In this document: positions 20,801 to 28,680 of the stretch, one piece after another
Layout: each line of letters starts with the position of its first letter
How positions within the stretch are numbered: the stretch's first letter is position 1
Origin: a virus
Taxonomy: Duplodnaviria > Caudoviricetes
DNA: 61,981 bases
Virus record (IMG/VR): IMGVR_UViG_3300033076_000890
Coordinates: 1 to 61,981 of that record
Direction: 5' to 3' (one strand)
Notes under the pieces: model-generated
What the model was told of the DNA's origin: nothing
Seen by the model: the letters and a program-made list of their open reading frames with translations, nothing else
Databases searched by the model: none
Made by a program: the position numbers and the translations under genes

Positions 20801-22240
20801 AAGTACTTCGGATTGTAAACGCGTATATTCATTAAGTAAGTTTCGACCTTCTACTGATGCTGGATTTACCTTCGCTATTCTTCCAAATGCACCAGCCCTG
20901 CCCAATTGCTTGCTAAGTTTAAACAGTTTTCCAGCATCTTTATATAAGCTTGGAGCACCCAGACCAAACATGCCAAGGGTCATAGCCATGTTTTGCGTCT
21001 GCATGTCTTCGTCTTGATTTATTTCTTGGCGTAATTGATACTCACCCGGAGCAGAACCTACTCGCTGTGCAGCTTCCAATGGATTTGCAACATCTTGTAG
21101 GACTTGATTATCAGTACCTGCTCCAACAGCACCAACTATGGAAGGTAATACCATTCCACTTGCGCGTACAGCATTTAATTGTAAGCTGTTTTGTATAACA
21201 GGCATAAACACTTTAGTTACAGCATTTCCAATAACTTGCATGCCGTATAAATTTGCCATTGCCAGAGGAGCTTGCTGTGTCGTATTTAAAGCAGTTATAC
21301 GTGCTTTCTGTCGCTCAAGATTCTCAGGGTCTCCCGTTAAATCGCTATACCATTGGTTAATACCTAATTCATCATATACACGCTGTTTTTCATCTGCTTG
21401 AGCTTTGGCATCCTTTTCAGATTTTCCTAATCCACCAGCAAATTGGCTTACTTTATTTCCGATGTTTCCACCAACTACAGCAGGTGATGCAACTGCTTGT
21501 GTAGTACCAGCAGCTGATCCAGAGAACGCTTCAAGAAATGGATCGATATCTTCGCCTTTTTTCGCTTTATCTTCTAGGTATTTAGTTAATTGTTCTTCCC
21601 ATCCTTTTTGGCCAGAAAGGCGCATAGCCATACCCATAGGAGTAGTAGCTAAAGACGCCATGCTTCCGTACACAGTGCCAGCGGTAGCTTTTGCACCAGC
21701 TAATCCTTCTGTCAACCAGTCAGGTGTCTGTCCTCGTTTAAAGGATTCTTTTCGTAACTCATATCCTAATTCATCTTGTGTGTCGCGTCTTTTACGTGCC
21801 ACCTGACTAGGATCTAATCCAGCCTCTCGGCCTGATACAGTTTTGGGACCCTGTGTTTTTCGGGCCTCCATTAACTTTTGACTAAACTGATTTACTAAAT
21901 TATCTCTAGTCCTCTTGTCAATAAATCCCTGTCGAAAACCTTCTTCAATTTGTCTCTGTGATTGATTATTTAAAACGGATGTATAACTTGGACCACGTAA
22001 TGCACTGACAATAGGGTCAAGTGTATTACGTTTATACTCTTCGCTTTTGCGTTGAGCCTGTGCAATTGCGCGAGCATTTTGTTGTGGATCAAAAGCTGCC
22101 CCATATTTAAATGCTCGTCCTCTGATATTCTTTCTTAAGTCATCGTCAATCTGCATCTTGTTAAGCAGAAGCTGATACATTTCAGATTCTGGATGCCAAT
22201 TACTAATATTAAAAAGATCTTCGTTAGGCCTTGCTTGCAT
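8819..22240 (-). CDS. giant internal virion / DNA ejection protein (4473 aa, polyvalent-like, HExxH metallopeptidase motif)
   Basis: Last and largest of three genes after the nozzle; LVHEMFHP at 14747-14761; SH3/KOW-like LKAGDRVLF segment. Confidence 0.7.
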   Translation of the reverse strand: MQARPNEDLFNISNWHPESEMYQLLLNKMQIDDDLRKNIRGRAFKYGAAFDPQQNARAIAQAQRKSEEYKRNTLDPIVSALRGPSYTSVLNNQSQRQIEEGFRQGFIDKRTRDNLVNQFSQKLMEARKTQGPKTVSGREAGLDPSQVARKRRDTQDELGYELRKESFKRGQTPDWLTEGLAGAKATAGTVYGSMASLATTPMGMAMRLSGQKGWEEQLTKYLEDKAKKGEDIDPFLEAFSGSAAGTTQAVASPAVVGGNIGNKVSQFAGGLGKSEKDAKAQADEKQRVYDELGINQWYSDLTGDPENLERQKARITALNTTQQAPLAMANLYGMQVIGNAVTKVFMPVIQNSLQLNAVRASGMVLPSIVGAVGAGTDNQVLQDVANPLEAAQRVGSAPGEYQLRQEINQDEDMQTQNMAMTLGMFGLGAPSLYKDAGKLFKLSKQLGRAGAFGRIAKVNPASVEGRNLLNEYTRLQSEVLPDVAFGLTNVFDPIARSWGSKYYENVQAPTAKEWARTALLTAVAVRPHKALQPLFANNLNRSTDIKGQARFAAMDAIDNASFHALGVNARYETLRGGRSANTQDLQRVTSMLYEMAAQEFQQQDRSAPTVKSLDQIFFEILNGKSVNSATADDVIKQMRVRGDNESLPFDSPLHQMTVNKNLFPIDPAFRKKAVAQLARQLEPAIAAEYDMMQRGAKYAGDEAAIEQQPDKKFYAIKIGEQDGQPEYIVYNKRFSDASLHRGEAGLEDVRIIDSINQDKLGANARIERLTNVMRSLKSEFSPRNNMWIRNGVSKAIGAIRPDGTIIVKESKGTSGRNGERVTDVTYTYASFEEVQKDLSGIPGTQGLLNALNEVYSRTGMRRDVANKESVIDIGDSENFPSRIQFTTNEQVNGRLVDTIGLQTPIGLYQLPDGGVALGRITESGNKKLSPLTESDIAQTPELQTRTVLAQAESFVKNGKGYIDADVHNLGTRSRVEMPTEIQGVVREILESDAPDAVKAQEIMSVLIDEISGNRLTGDKALRLDPQTGRYVNDVELKAGDRVLFASDETNPNDVTEGVVIKADNGMATVKDITDPTGAAYTLSADRFILSDKNISREALQRQYDEYSAGNNKNPLRPVEMTVSDEEAIARLLTATETVDRKQEIANASPEKIFEVVLDAIVNSRATVEGIQLGLIEWATRNTPEGVYDVMAQVMNDIMAPGKEVPVVKLRKATEVFTSRGFNQTLYGVHAIWASVAAINGTRFAAAPRSISQKAGMLQIARRMNMLMMRAESMSDEDLFKASVRSLDADIANLSKSKVIEFAQNLRGIAPHVFYYMQDLWHVTKLSGANHAAQATLGRAISAAQDAGIRSLVRGDSILPDSILDFWGSESKFDKAIKDIRDLITSTREVEVEGQSQKYKMSDVVYARLRNAGLEFLFHMANDTTRAMVRRGLRTNRLEAINFQNESMSYMYDTFLPQVVVDQINNKISSGDFMRDSEGRTEQTNNISYAPELRAFHDQIISAIEENPNLSTEQKSNAIGKITSVVQELDMLLPSDMEALAEYDSDGPREARLRQDITVNGEVIAEDQPANLKALSAERHYDKSLSNLVKESGMTLSEAQQRKHIALFETFAKQASQLFGLDRSFTNLKSRIDNSPKVRDVRARIERLQRENPDDVEAKRALYSERDRLIAEEFDSIFKLTTTTLQMLRQMQPETQLIDETNESFVRTDIFGQSIEGFKETTPLGEAIDDFLSRIVDLRMRIISIDDIQVVSNEFDRDGARADTEGDASAIADEVSKVPDEDVEIWRNELRKLDQQLAEARRSGGNLDELIRQREVLQGQLTDAQKAAERSVTALSTLYDRLDSAGVKLKTELQKLDPSSISIVDMLALHQMYMSLSRGNSVVTNEISSSLTTDSSVRNILATDEVRRLRSGMAESEAFASASMADVIELQSGSLSPEVFAEKYKISPEVAKSIASIDALNPSNKSEPVNVTDDDMMVVSVDSMDPDVQRFVSDVPQIAAEVISSPDSFGGMITIEKPEDQSIVAYTAQNLAGMRVLMRTMLARNFKYADIEAAVNSLEQNQTAIKKAISDSYADPTYMAEKLKNAKGKFINLLMDDDSATYVRKFTRMALRKLQTDVLPRANRELKIAVEAAIYELETMPTISSFTGKTVENYYDNLRQRLKSIIRITNQEEKTALIDSIINMLNPETNRALVDTPLSAQIGSSYDLRLSSDPAFTTRRLLSTLNAKGIQFKSGNDDASVYAATSNDPVVNHAQIRLAHLPLRMSDVPIDTAAQLVTLYDDVINNQLPPIESATEREKPIIEAIIRARDAYNEYAMGETGDARRSAETKQQMERVAIQQLADNLANLYDIHANSFAVDHLEVKINSNSNEFKLDIAEAMRVLGIGEQSINRLMEPTTLATRFLSELDPSQKTYIMSYLTAKYKKQYYTSHNKIYLVNDEILETANAKATLFVDKRDVYGFTQTLQTNQKKALGSLLYIGSNGNSKYRSTLTLVHEMFHPLFTGMDDVTQVAFMDQLSAKGGLAVDALNEVLAPARKENRMLRDAIPTKIAEIQKVLDKRNNAELALALQVRVAKESSTLPLNEALAPLKGLMFNGQDLSEGWIAHGHEKFVTSMMNFISDYTVPISKNAAASVDMATLEVFQQMRSTLRYVMRQISNKRPLDIVKDVNGTPHAAWYSRVPIQKYEFTRVHNPKQFTLNALNPRTGFTRTIEFAQLRKDDYLRINIPNRQETQSAIMSPTQLITGLEDSLTLNTIGDFAGSRFRFGFKHDGQIGDAVGSTWLPFENGSLRTYLVQNPELLSTVEVFPEYGRNDTNVTSPDSMPSRSFSGQVKEMVIKTRFRTFDEAIAAGFEPVFFDKDNIWVRGEADEDGWFKPRVRVQSDNPRVLDYAVAGQHEYAYIVEAPVVVRVGGPTKSQQNFPTQFRFLVGEGALRPDAQSQYDPILVGYTQEFDPKFSALVYDLTRKLGRVVYNTTGNVRWKKQVELQGKLLTGDAKSFTLRTQTPIGEALDAYFKSSEYKAIKASRTSMQPLVLDGAAQFEAVVSKMLLNEFSVDIDGEQVLTEEGERFIQSLNDEISNVLAPYIAEQMLFRHDAADTYQTTSMTIEPDSPEMNALYTVFKSMLGDEGDINVLKNKLADAYVALNTRGDVRVSPNIRIDRALGLAGIPDSVTLDDGSEYHVRDMMLQVLRNDRLSLSNSDLTSVYTSYDNLWNNVLAPFIETGKIDAPYELNSAKPTMAMYTLDALMNAAYGNSVESKRLFLQRLTADTDVNNYGDIVYDIEERERYRLAVQAKNSAFSEFLAVAHTLDAQSRELGRALYAWKDWSLLDGQESFRGATGNTTSVIIQSPDGATFRVNLNNPRNFVESVARDVSTGAYIDASPFSQMFALYNPNRQVSLRSTTNEPTPYALRDLNLSPEERNALNLSGSVDIVRPFGIENRTHDENGAQLTPNLRIFRINKTGKSMNNQNTQFGDQYEKINVSELQHSYKSGYITGENQDVWVNNQRLLQQPVNDLLRRAFLSNPSLEQTAKESVGNTVIVPREVHIAKLLVSRALIDDSGQVPNAWKRKNATDTLARQRLLEGDKEASIADAMENPRVEHNRTKTWMSDGVEEGHYDNQEMTPEEMAYFKMPFDLSPEQAQDPVLRDQYNQTATTRALEKALSVPQPKRVIIKREADPSITKVGVTAKDQDIYVSIPDADYEYVSRTMFSASGPTGSPTPHPSTIGVPKGGVASIPFLNNPFTKRGAVTALGIYHELTSAAKALILSGDFARVMLQNYRLTAMNPKNFAAQFWGLSAFLPNMWLPGSKVFGTPTTGTGKFLNFALGHRPDLAWGDAQYHAKMFNYINKYGTKGNVIGYGIPGIHKRQVNQTYGWNDLAEYGLKTTYGDWFRNYEAAKLIDPTINPFEMPIATTQAENIGEGILARRIPFVNMWERAGALSTDILRVKSFLEFSAYVDQSYDYSYDYQRDQAKRDYAAFLNVVTGHPTGNNLMMSDNQNLFNQTLRTIYTSPNWFNSLMMQTYLPSMAKMYVAEGVNYVSRAATRNMDIYGVGFDVIDTSPEEKWFRTLRTKDVQRQHRNTFIASFVQAGVIGAVLQLMGIYAERRQLHEINDGKYVDFLDWRKINSPVLNDEGVDLASKLRIDQQKWWDPTNPDFGIVRAANTLQWQMPAIFTLYKRLFLAPYIQATNEPNASTQEKAAKYAAELYKSNIEGRFGPPIQGIKQLASGRTYVEEAALQKMPGLKVWIDTEKKIERYRELMDEAKRSGNNSLADKYNREIKKLAPAIYNPSYPHIKVLAKLFPNGISRYALSMLTNLQVQTALKDMEELGYSQHVLPIQGENNPDLVQYQFPAFTRVFGLEGRMGDYYMQDLITKEDRAGMSGKQFEFLTRKYKYNYPNASSVVKKFGLSALLYGIPESGGYGQEPAWGSDKMRGIPDAAVLRESTVNPDYLEKIKQRQSQPKLNVPSDFITGRMVD

Positions 22241-22254
22241 ATATAGTTATATCC

Positions 22255-24126
22255 TTATTTTCCCTTCAATAGTTCAGCTAATTGATCTCTGTCTTCTCTT
22301 AATGACTGAAGTAATTTTACATCGTCGTCATCTTTTAACAGTGGTGTTCCGCCAGCGCCATCTTTTTTAGCGGCTACTTTTTCATCTTGCAACTTTATTC
22401 CAGCCTCAAGACCACGTAAACGACTAACTAAAATAGACCTTGCTTTTTTGCTTCCGTAATTATTTACAACAGCGACCGGATTGGAAAAATCGGTAATTAC
22501 ATGCTTATCAGTCTCTTTAATCATTGTTGATGTAGTAGTGTCTACAATACGCTTGGCAACATCAATAGGTATACGTTGTTTAGTTTTTGGTGAACTAAAT
22601 CCAATTTCTTCTAGTGTAGTAGGATTACCAGCAGCTAGTGTGCCGTTTATTCGTTTCATTTCATCTGTATACATACTGTCTGCGTTTTCTATTTTGCTAG
22701 ATATGTACGTCATTGTTGCTTGGCCAGCCGTTTTTGCAGCTGCTTGAATTTGTCCATCCTTGCTCAAGCGAGCAATTGCCAATTGATTTTCTCTGTTGAG
22801 TTTGTTTTGAGTTGCCTCAAAAGCTCTATCAGCCTCAGCTTTAATTGCAGCATAATTTTCTTTTACGGCACTAGCCTGTTGAGCTGTCCAATCAGATACC
22901 GTCTTTGGATCTACAGCAATAAATGGCATCATTGCAGCTTTTAATGCAGCTCCACCATCAGCTGGTGTCTGTGGATTTCCATCAGCATCTAGTGGCCAGT
23001 TTGCTGGATCGTCACCAATGAGACCTCTTTGCAAGTCTGCAACAGTGCGTCCCATTTGTCGAGCAGTCGCTTGAAATGCTTGGCCAATAGGACCGTACAT
23101 ACCTTGCACAACTTTTCCGTAATCAATCGATGGAAGTGGTGCATTTGGATCAATAAGCCCTTTGTTGTTTAATTGAACGCGACCAAGGCTCTGCGGACCA
23201 ACTAACGATCCAAGATTTCTCCCCTTAAGACCTTCCATCATAACCTTGTATTCGTCAGGCGTTAATTCGTGATCTTTTCCGGGAGCGATTGACAAACCTA
23301 ATCCAGACAGATACGTAGATAATCCAGCATCTATACCTACATTTCCATTTGGAAGTTGAACAGGAGCAGATGGTGGTGCTGCCTGAGTTTGTTGGTTTCC
23401 TATTAATCCTGTTGGCTTCACTGCGCCAAGGTTACCTGTTTGTACATTTTGAGCATTAAATGACGTCATTGGCAGTCCAGTTGCAGGAGATTGTTGCGCT
23501 CCGGGCAATGTAAAACCTGACCGAGTAGGTGCTCCAGATACATTAAAACCACCACTCTGTGTCTGTGATGGGGCATTTTGCACCTGTGGCTGTGAAGCAT
23601 CTTGCCCAAACATCATCAGTTCATCAATCTGTTCTGGTTTTAAACCAAAGGTAGACAATGTTTGCTTGTATTCGTTTTTGCGGCGATTTACATCACGTCG
23701 AATAAGATTAATCTCAGCAAGAATAGACTGTTGTTTTGCAGGATTTCTTTCAGAAGAATACGCAGAAATAAGTTTTGGTAAACCAGCTTCTGCTGCTGCT
23801 ATCTGATCTGCTATTGGCTTACGTGCGTTTAAGGCGCGAGTGTATGGGTCATTTGCTTGTTTTTGTGTATCTAACGTTATCTTATTCAAATCGAACTGTT
23901 GATCAGCAGCACGTTTTGCTTGAGCAGCAGCGTCTTTTTGCAACTGAAACGCATCGCGCTGTTGTTGCTCTAGGCGATTCTGCCTATTAAATTCATTATT
24001 CTCTTTAGCAAACTGCAAACCCATTTGCGCAGTTTGATCCTGATATTGACGCCGTTCTTGCTTCCCTTTATCAAGACCTGTCAAAAAACCTAATAAGCCA
24101 CTAACGCCAGATTGATTGAATGTCAT
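22255..24126 (-). CDS. internal virion / DNA ejection protein
   Basis: 623 aa, Q/A-rich coiled coils, hydrophobic G-rich N-terminus; position matches podoviral ejection genes. Confidence 0.6.
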   Translation of the reverse strand: MTFNQSGVSGLLGFLTGLDKGKQERRQYQDQTAQMGLQFAKENNEFNRQNRLEQQQRDAFQLQKDAAAQAKRAADQQFDLNKITLDTQKQANDPYTRALNARKPIADQIAAAEAGLPKLISAYSSERNPAKQQSILAEINLIRRDVNRRKNEYKQTLSTFGLKPEQIDELMMFGQDASQPQVQNAPSQTQSGGFNVSGAPTRSGFTLPGAQQSPATGLPMTSFNAQNVQTGNLGAVKPTGLIGNQQTQAAPPSAPVQLPNGNVGIDAGLSTYLSGLGLSIAPGKDHELTPDEYKVMMEGLKGRNLGSLVGPQSLGRVQLNNKGLIDPNAPLPSIDYGKVVQGMYGPIGQAFQATARQMGRTVADLQRGLIGDDPANWPLDADGNPQTPADGGAALKAAMMPFIAVDPKTVSDWTAQQASAVKENYAAIKAEADRAFEATQNKLNRENQLAIARLSKDGQIQAAAKTAGQATMTYISSKIENADSMYTDEMKRINGTLAAGNPTTLEEIGFSSPKTKQRIPIDVAKRIVDTTTSTMIKETDKHVITDFSNPVAVVNNYGSKKARSILVSRLRGLEAGIKLQDEKVAAKKDGAGGTPLLKDDDDVKLLQSLREDRDQLAELLKGK

Positions 24127-24135
24127 TTGTTTTTC

Positions 24136-24912
24136 CTAACCTGTCGGATAATTACCACTAGGGAATATAGGGTTGTTTAACCTATTAATTTGCGCGTCGA
24201 TTAATCCTTGGCGCTGTTTAAAGTCTCTGTCAGCACTCATGCCTGATAAATAACTTCCACCAAGTTGCCCGAACATTCCAGCAATTTGATCACGTTGATT
24301 TTGTAATGCTGCGTCACGTTGCATTTCAGCTTGAGCTTCAGCTTGATACTGGCCATATAAATTATTGCCAGCATTTTGCGCATTACCAAAAGCTGTGTTA
24401 GCAGCACCTTGATAAGTCCCATACCCTTGACCTGCCAAACCTAATGCTTGCTGACGTCGTGCATCTGCACCCATTGCATACTGAACTGCACCCTGCGACA
24501 ATGCAGTTGAAATTGGGTTGTTCCAGAAATTATCTGTCATCATAGTATTTGTCATACCGTCACCCATATTCAACGCATTACCCATAGCGTTATAACGACC
24601 TTGAGCTTGGGCTGCATTTGCAGTTATATTGCCCATTTGTGCTCCAGCTTGTCGCAACATATTATTAGTGGCATCTGGGTTATTTAAGCGTTCCATTTCA
24701 TTTTGTAAGCCACGGGAGTACATACCGCTAAATCTGTTTGCTGTTGATTGATTTTGTTGTCCTAATTGATTTTGTTGATTTTGGTAGTTTTGGTTATACA
24801 TTCGCTGTTGCGATAATTGTGCCTGATATGGATTCGATTGCTTTTTAAATAACCCACCAGCAATCTGACCTAAAAATTGACTTCCTAAACCTACTGCTAA
24901 TTGAGGTGGCAT
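24136..24912 (-). CDS. internal virion / DNA pilot protein (P22 gp7-like position)
   Basis: 258 aa G/Q/N/A-rich; hydrophobic N-terminus LAVGLGSQFLGQIAGGLF. Confidence 0.6.
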   Translation of the reverse strand: MPPQLAVGLGSQFLGQIAGGLFKKQSNPYQAQLSQQRMYNQNYQNQQNQLGQQNQSTANRFSGMYSRGLQNEMERLNNPDATNNMLRQAGAQMGNITANAAQAQGRYNAMGNALNMGDGMTNTMMTDNFWNNPISTALSQGAVQYAMGADARRQQALGLAGQGYGTYQGAANTAFGNAQNAGNNLYGQYQAEAQAEMQRDAALQNQRDQIAGMFGQLGGSYLSGMSADRDFKQRQGLIDAQINRLNNPIFPSGNYPTG

Positions 24913-24922
24913 TTTATTTCTC

Positions 24923-25360
24923 CTACTGTAAAACGTACCATATTCCAGCCCCAGTTGCGTCTGTCTGAGCTACTAGAGTCACTGTTTCGTATTGTGCTAC
25001 TGGCCATGCTTTTGCTGTCGCTTTTCCTAAAGTATCCCCAGATTGAACTGCAGCACTAACTTGATTAGCTGTTGAATCTGTTTTGATTATATGTACAAAT
25101 TGCCCATTAGCATAGTATGCACGTGGCAATGTAATAACAATGGCAGCAGAAGATGCATTGGCACTAACAATTAATTGACCAGTGTCAACTGTCAGGCTAG
25201 ATGATACAGACAGTGGCGTAAAGTTTGCTGGTGGATATTCTGGAGGAAATGCTCCTGATTTTTGCACAGTAGTTTCAATAACACTACTTTTACCCGGACC
25301 GGAGATAGTTCCCGGTTTTGGTGCTGGGCTTTGTGGCGCACCGCCACCAAATGTAGGCAT
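24923..25360 (-). CDS. small tail-associated protein
   Basis: ANASSAAIVITLP...GQFVHIIKTD beta-strand motif common in fibre domains; follows the nozzle. Confidence 0.55.
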   Translation of the reverse strand: MPTFGGGAPQSPAPKPGTISGPGKSSVIETTVQKSGAFPPEYPPANFTPLSVSSSLTVDTGQLIVSANASSAAIVITLPRAYYANGQFVHIIKTDSTANQVSAAVQSGDTLGKATAKAWPVAQYETVTLVAQTDATGAGIWYVLQ

Positions 25361-28300
25361 TACCCTCTCCTCACTCCACTCTCTGTAGACATTACGCCTA
25401 GCGCATGTACTTCTATTCTGCTCGTAGCATTAGTTCCGGACAGTTCTACTTCCAACCACGTTCCGCGTAACTCATTTGGTATCTGCCTAAACCCAATAGC
25501 CTTGTCTTGATTTGCTAAAGTCGTGTAATTTCCAGAAGCACTAATAGATTTATTGTTTGTTAATTTCCATGTAAATGTTGTAATTGATGGTGTGTAATAA
25601 TGGACGTTCACCTGATGTGGCCTATTAGTTCCGTAGTAAGCAACTCCTTCAGCATAGGTTTGACCATATCGACGCGTTGTTAATTTCCAGTCTATTCCTT
25701 GTGTTGCTCCAGAATATGTAGGTCTATCTGAAAAACCTTCTAGTCTATATATTTGACCACTTGAAGAGCCAACATACATATCTGCGACATCATTAGTGGA
25801 TGTACAGGATACAGCACTTGTGGCATACATTTGAGACCCGCCAAACGCTGGCAACTTCCATTTAACCCAGCCTGTGGTTCGTGTGTCATATATATAAATA
25901 ACACTATTTTGATTATTTGTAGATGCACCAGCTATTGGTGCAAATACATATAATCTGCGCTCATGAGGCAGTAATACTATGTCACTATATGCTGCAGCTC
26001 CGATGTAATTAACTGATCCTGTTGGGCCATAGTCCATTGACCTTGGGTTAAGGACTCCTTCTAATGGCAAACTAATTGGTTCAATTTTTGTTCCGTTCAT
26101 TACACTAATGCCAAAACTAGATACGTGTAAAGCTTGACCAACTAGACTGGCAGCTCCTTTACTTGCCAATAAACCAGCTCCCGGTTCACGTATAAACTGT
26201 TGAGCTTGAAATGAAGTTGGATCAAAACCAACAATTGGAACAATACTGTTTTCTCTATACGCAATAAGTATTGCCGACGTATCTCCACCAGCAGCTACTA
26301 TTCCATCAGCAGCATATGAAATAAGATTTACTACTTTCTCATTATCATCTTGCGATCCGATCGTCATAAATGCGCCTTTTATTGCCATAAAAGGATCTTG
26401 AACATTAGGTATGTTTGTAGTGTATACACCATACTCGTTGTCCTTATTTAACGGCCATGTCGCGTATATGCCATTGTCTTTAGATGTAAATAGTCGCTGT
26501 TTATGATTTGCTATAGTAGACAAGCCAACTGGAAGCTGATCTCTTCCAGAATGATGGAACATACCGGGACGACCAACATTAGTTGGATATAAAATATCGG
26601 TATCACGCACATCATCATAAATGGTGTAACTTGCTGTGTTTGTAGACCAAGTTACATCGAATGTTACACTTCCACTATTTACTAGTGTTCCAGTTGTATA
26701 GTCAAAAATCTTTGCATCCTGATTTGTATATGATCCAGCAATTCCTAAGTTGATTGGTATCATGGCAACAAGACGCGGCATTCCATCAGTAAATATTGTG
26801 TCGCATCGTCGATAAATTAAAAGATAATCATATAAATAATCAGTTGTTGATGTACGCAATCCAGTATCAGTAAAAGTAATACGCCCCTTGCTGTAGGCAA
26901 CTGACGATTCAATATCTGGACTAAATTCACTAGATAGTGTTTCAATACCCTCTCCGGGTGGAGCTGTTATGTTGTATGCACTAGTAGCCCTCCATGCAAC
27001 TGGAGCAGATTTCCACCTAGTGTAAATGTATTTGTACCTATTGTCTGGCGTTAATCCACCTTGTCTTACAACATCTCCTAACGCAATAAGAACGGCGTCA
27101 TTTGGTACATTCTCAATGTCTTCATCAAATCGCAAGTATATTGCAGTAACAGCATCTCTTACTGCTCCGGGAATTGGAAACAGTTGAAATTCCAAGAATC
27201 GTGTTTGCGGATTGTAAGCAGCTTGGCCAGTCCAGTTAATTGCTCCGCCTTCTTGAATGCCAAGACTAATAGGTATTTCAACAGTCCTGATATTTGGATG
27301 CAATTCTGCTCGTATGCCAATTCCTTTATCATTAGATAAATCAGGATTTCCTGTAATCGCTAATTTAATTAGGCGATTCTGCATATATCCGCCAAATTGA
27401 CCTTTAATATTTGTATTAATTTGAGCAGCTTTAAAACCAGCTAATCCGAGATCAGTTGTTGTAGCATTGTCATTAGGACTACAAAGCATACTGAACAAAT
27501 AAACACCATCGATTAAAATACCGGGGTCATTATCTCTATTCCAACCACTATTTGACAAGGTAACCTGCAACGCTTGCAATGTTCCTTCAAATTCACGGAA
27601 ATCTACTACATACTCAAATTGAACCCAGTCGGCTGTAGTTTGTTTTGGTGGAGCGTCGGCAGTTGCGGAAAATGATGCAATTTGGTTATTAGTTGTAATT
27701 GTAGTACTGCTGTGACCTGTTACTGTTACATTTAAATATTGACCATTAAATGGTTTTGCGTCATCGTAATTCATTAAGTAGAACGACAATTTAAATAAAC
27801 CGTTAGTTTTTGCAGTACCTCCATTTTGAGAATAAGTAGGCAAACTTGTTACATTTTGCTGAATGTAGTCTGTTGATTTGTCAATGTGCGCAACATTACC
27901 TGTTGTACGCCCATCAGCACCTGTACTTACAGTTCCCTTAGATCCAGCCCATGGTAGTGCTTTTATGTTTACTAGTTGACCAGTGTTAGTACCAATAGAT
28001 GGAGTTCCTGTTGTATTCCAGTTAGCACACGTAGTTGCTGTAGCTGTTCCAAATATTGGATTCAATATGCGATTGTCGGAAGGCAAAGAACTACTAAATG
28101 TAGCTTGAGCTGCACTATCGCCATACGTGCCAGAAGTGTATGTTTTGATTGCCTTGACAATGCCTACGGCATTTGGCTTAGTAGATGTTGGACCAGAAAC
28201 ACTTGGCAAAGATGCAGCAATAGTTCCATTAGTACGAAATAAAGAAAACGTAGATCCACTACCACCAACACCATATATGTATCTCCCATACTGTGTCATT

Positions 28301-28680
28301 CTTACTAGTTTTCCAGATGACGGAAAACTAAATGATAAGCCTGTTGTTTGATCTGTTAACTCAGTTTCAATTGCTGGGGTTGCGGATGGATCAGATGCAT
28401 ATAACTTTCCGTTTTTTGCATATATCAACTTACTGACAACAGCTGAGCTTTTTAATGCAGTAAGCTCGTAGACTGGATTTGCAATGAATGTATTCATTAT
28501 TCCACGGAAACCGTTCCTTAAAACAGGTGAGTTTCCATCAATCATCATGTTTTCAATATTTTGCGCATAACCATCTTTAAGTTTATTGGCTTGAATTCGT
28601 GTGTCCATGCCAATCCACGTCACATCACCCAATACATAGGTTTGCTGATTGTTCATTGCTTGTTTAGGCATTACAAACAT
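25360..28680 (-). CDS. tail nozzle / stabilization protein (P22 gp10 / T7 gp12-like)
   Basis: 1106 aa beta-rich; N-terminal GMDTR...NIENM...RNG; C-terminal IYIYDTRTTGW and ELRGTWLEVEL. Confidence 0.7.
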   Translation of the reverse strand: MFVMPKQAMNNQQTYVLGDVTWIGMDTRIQANKLKDGYAQNIENMMIDGNSPVLRNGFRGIMNTFIANPVYELTALKSSAVVSKLIYAKNGKLYASDPSATPAIETELTDQTTGLSFSFPSSGKLVRMTQYGRYIYGVGGSGSTFSLFRTNGTIAASLPSVSGPTSTKPNAVGIVKAIKTYTSGTYGDSAAQATFSSSLPSDNRILNPIFGTATATTCANWNTTGTPSIGTNTGQLVNIKALPWAGSKGTVSTGADGRTTGNVAHIDKSTDYIQQNVTSLPTYSQNGGTAKTNGLFKLSFYLMNYDDAKPFNGQYLNVTVTGHSSTTITTNNQIASFSATADAPPKQTTADWVQFEYVVDFREFEGTLQALQVTLSNSGWNRDNDPGILIDGVYLFSMLCSPNDNATTTDLGLAGFKAAQINTNIKGQFGGYMQNRLIKLAITGNPDLSNDKGIGIRAELHPNIRTVEIPISLGIQEGGAINWTGQAAYNPQTRFLEFQLFPIPGAVRDAVTAIYLRFDEDIENVPNDAVLIALGDVVRQGGLTPDNRYKYIYTRWKSAPVAWRATSAYNITAPPGEGIETLSSEFSPDIESSVAYSKGRITFTDTGLRTSTTDYLYDYLLIYRRCDTIFTDGMPRLVAMIPINLGIAGSYTNQDAKIFDYTTGTLVNSGSVTFDVTWSTNTASYTIYDDVRDTDILYPTNVGRPGMFHHSGRDQLPVGLSTIANHKQRLFTSKDNGIYATWPLNKDNEYGVYTTNIPNVQDPFMAIKGAFMTIGSQDDNEKVVNLISYAADGIVAAGGDTSAILIAYRENSIVPIVGFDPTSFQAQQFIREPGAGLLASKGAASLVGQALHVSSFGISVMNGTKIEPISLPLEGVLNPRSMDYGPTGSVNYIGAAAYSDIVLLPHERRLYVFAPIAGASTNNQNSVIYIYDTRTTGWVKWKLPAFGGSQMYATSAVSCTSTNDVADMYVGSSSGQIYRLEGFSDRPTYSGATQGIDWKLTTRRYGQTYAEGVAYYGTNRPHQVNVHYYTPSITTFTWKLTNNKSISASGNYTTLANQDKAIGFRQIPNELRGTWLEVELSGTNATSRIEVHALGVMSTESGVRRG

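Noticed and set aside
8819-22240. Virion RNA polymerase (N4- or crAss-like) as identity of the 4473 aa protein (also considered for the 1743 aa protein)
   Set aside because: No DxDxD/DFDxD motif and no T7-type RxxxKxxxxxxxYG motif found by eye; cannot be fully excluded without structure prediction
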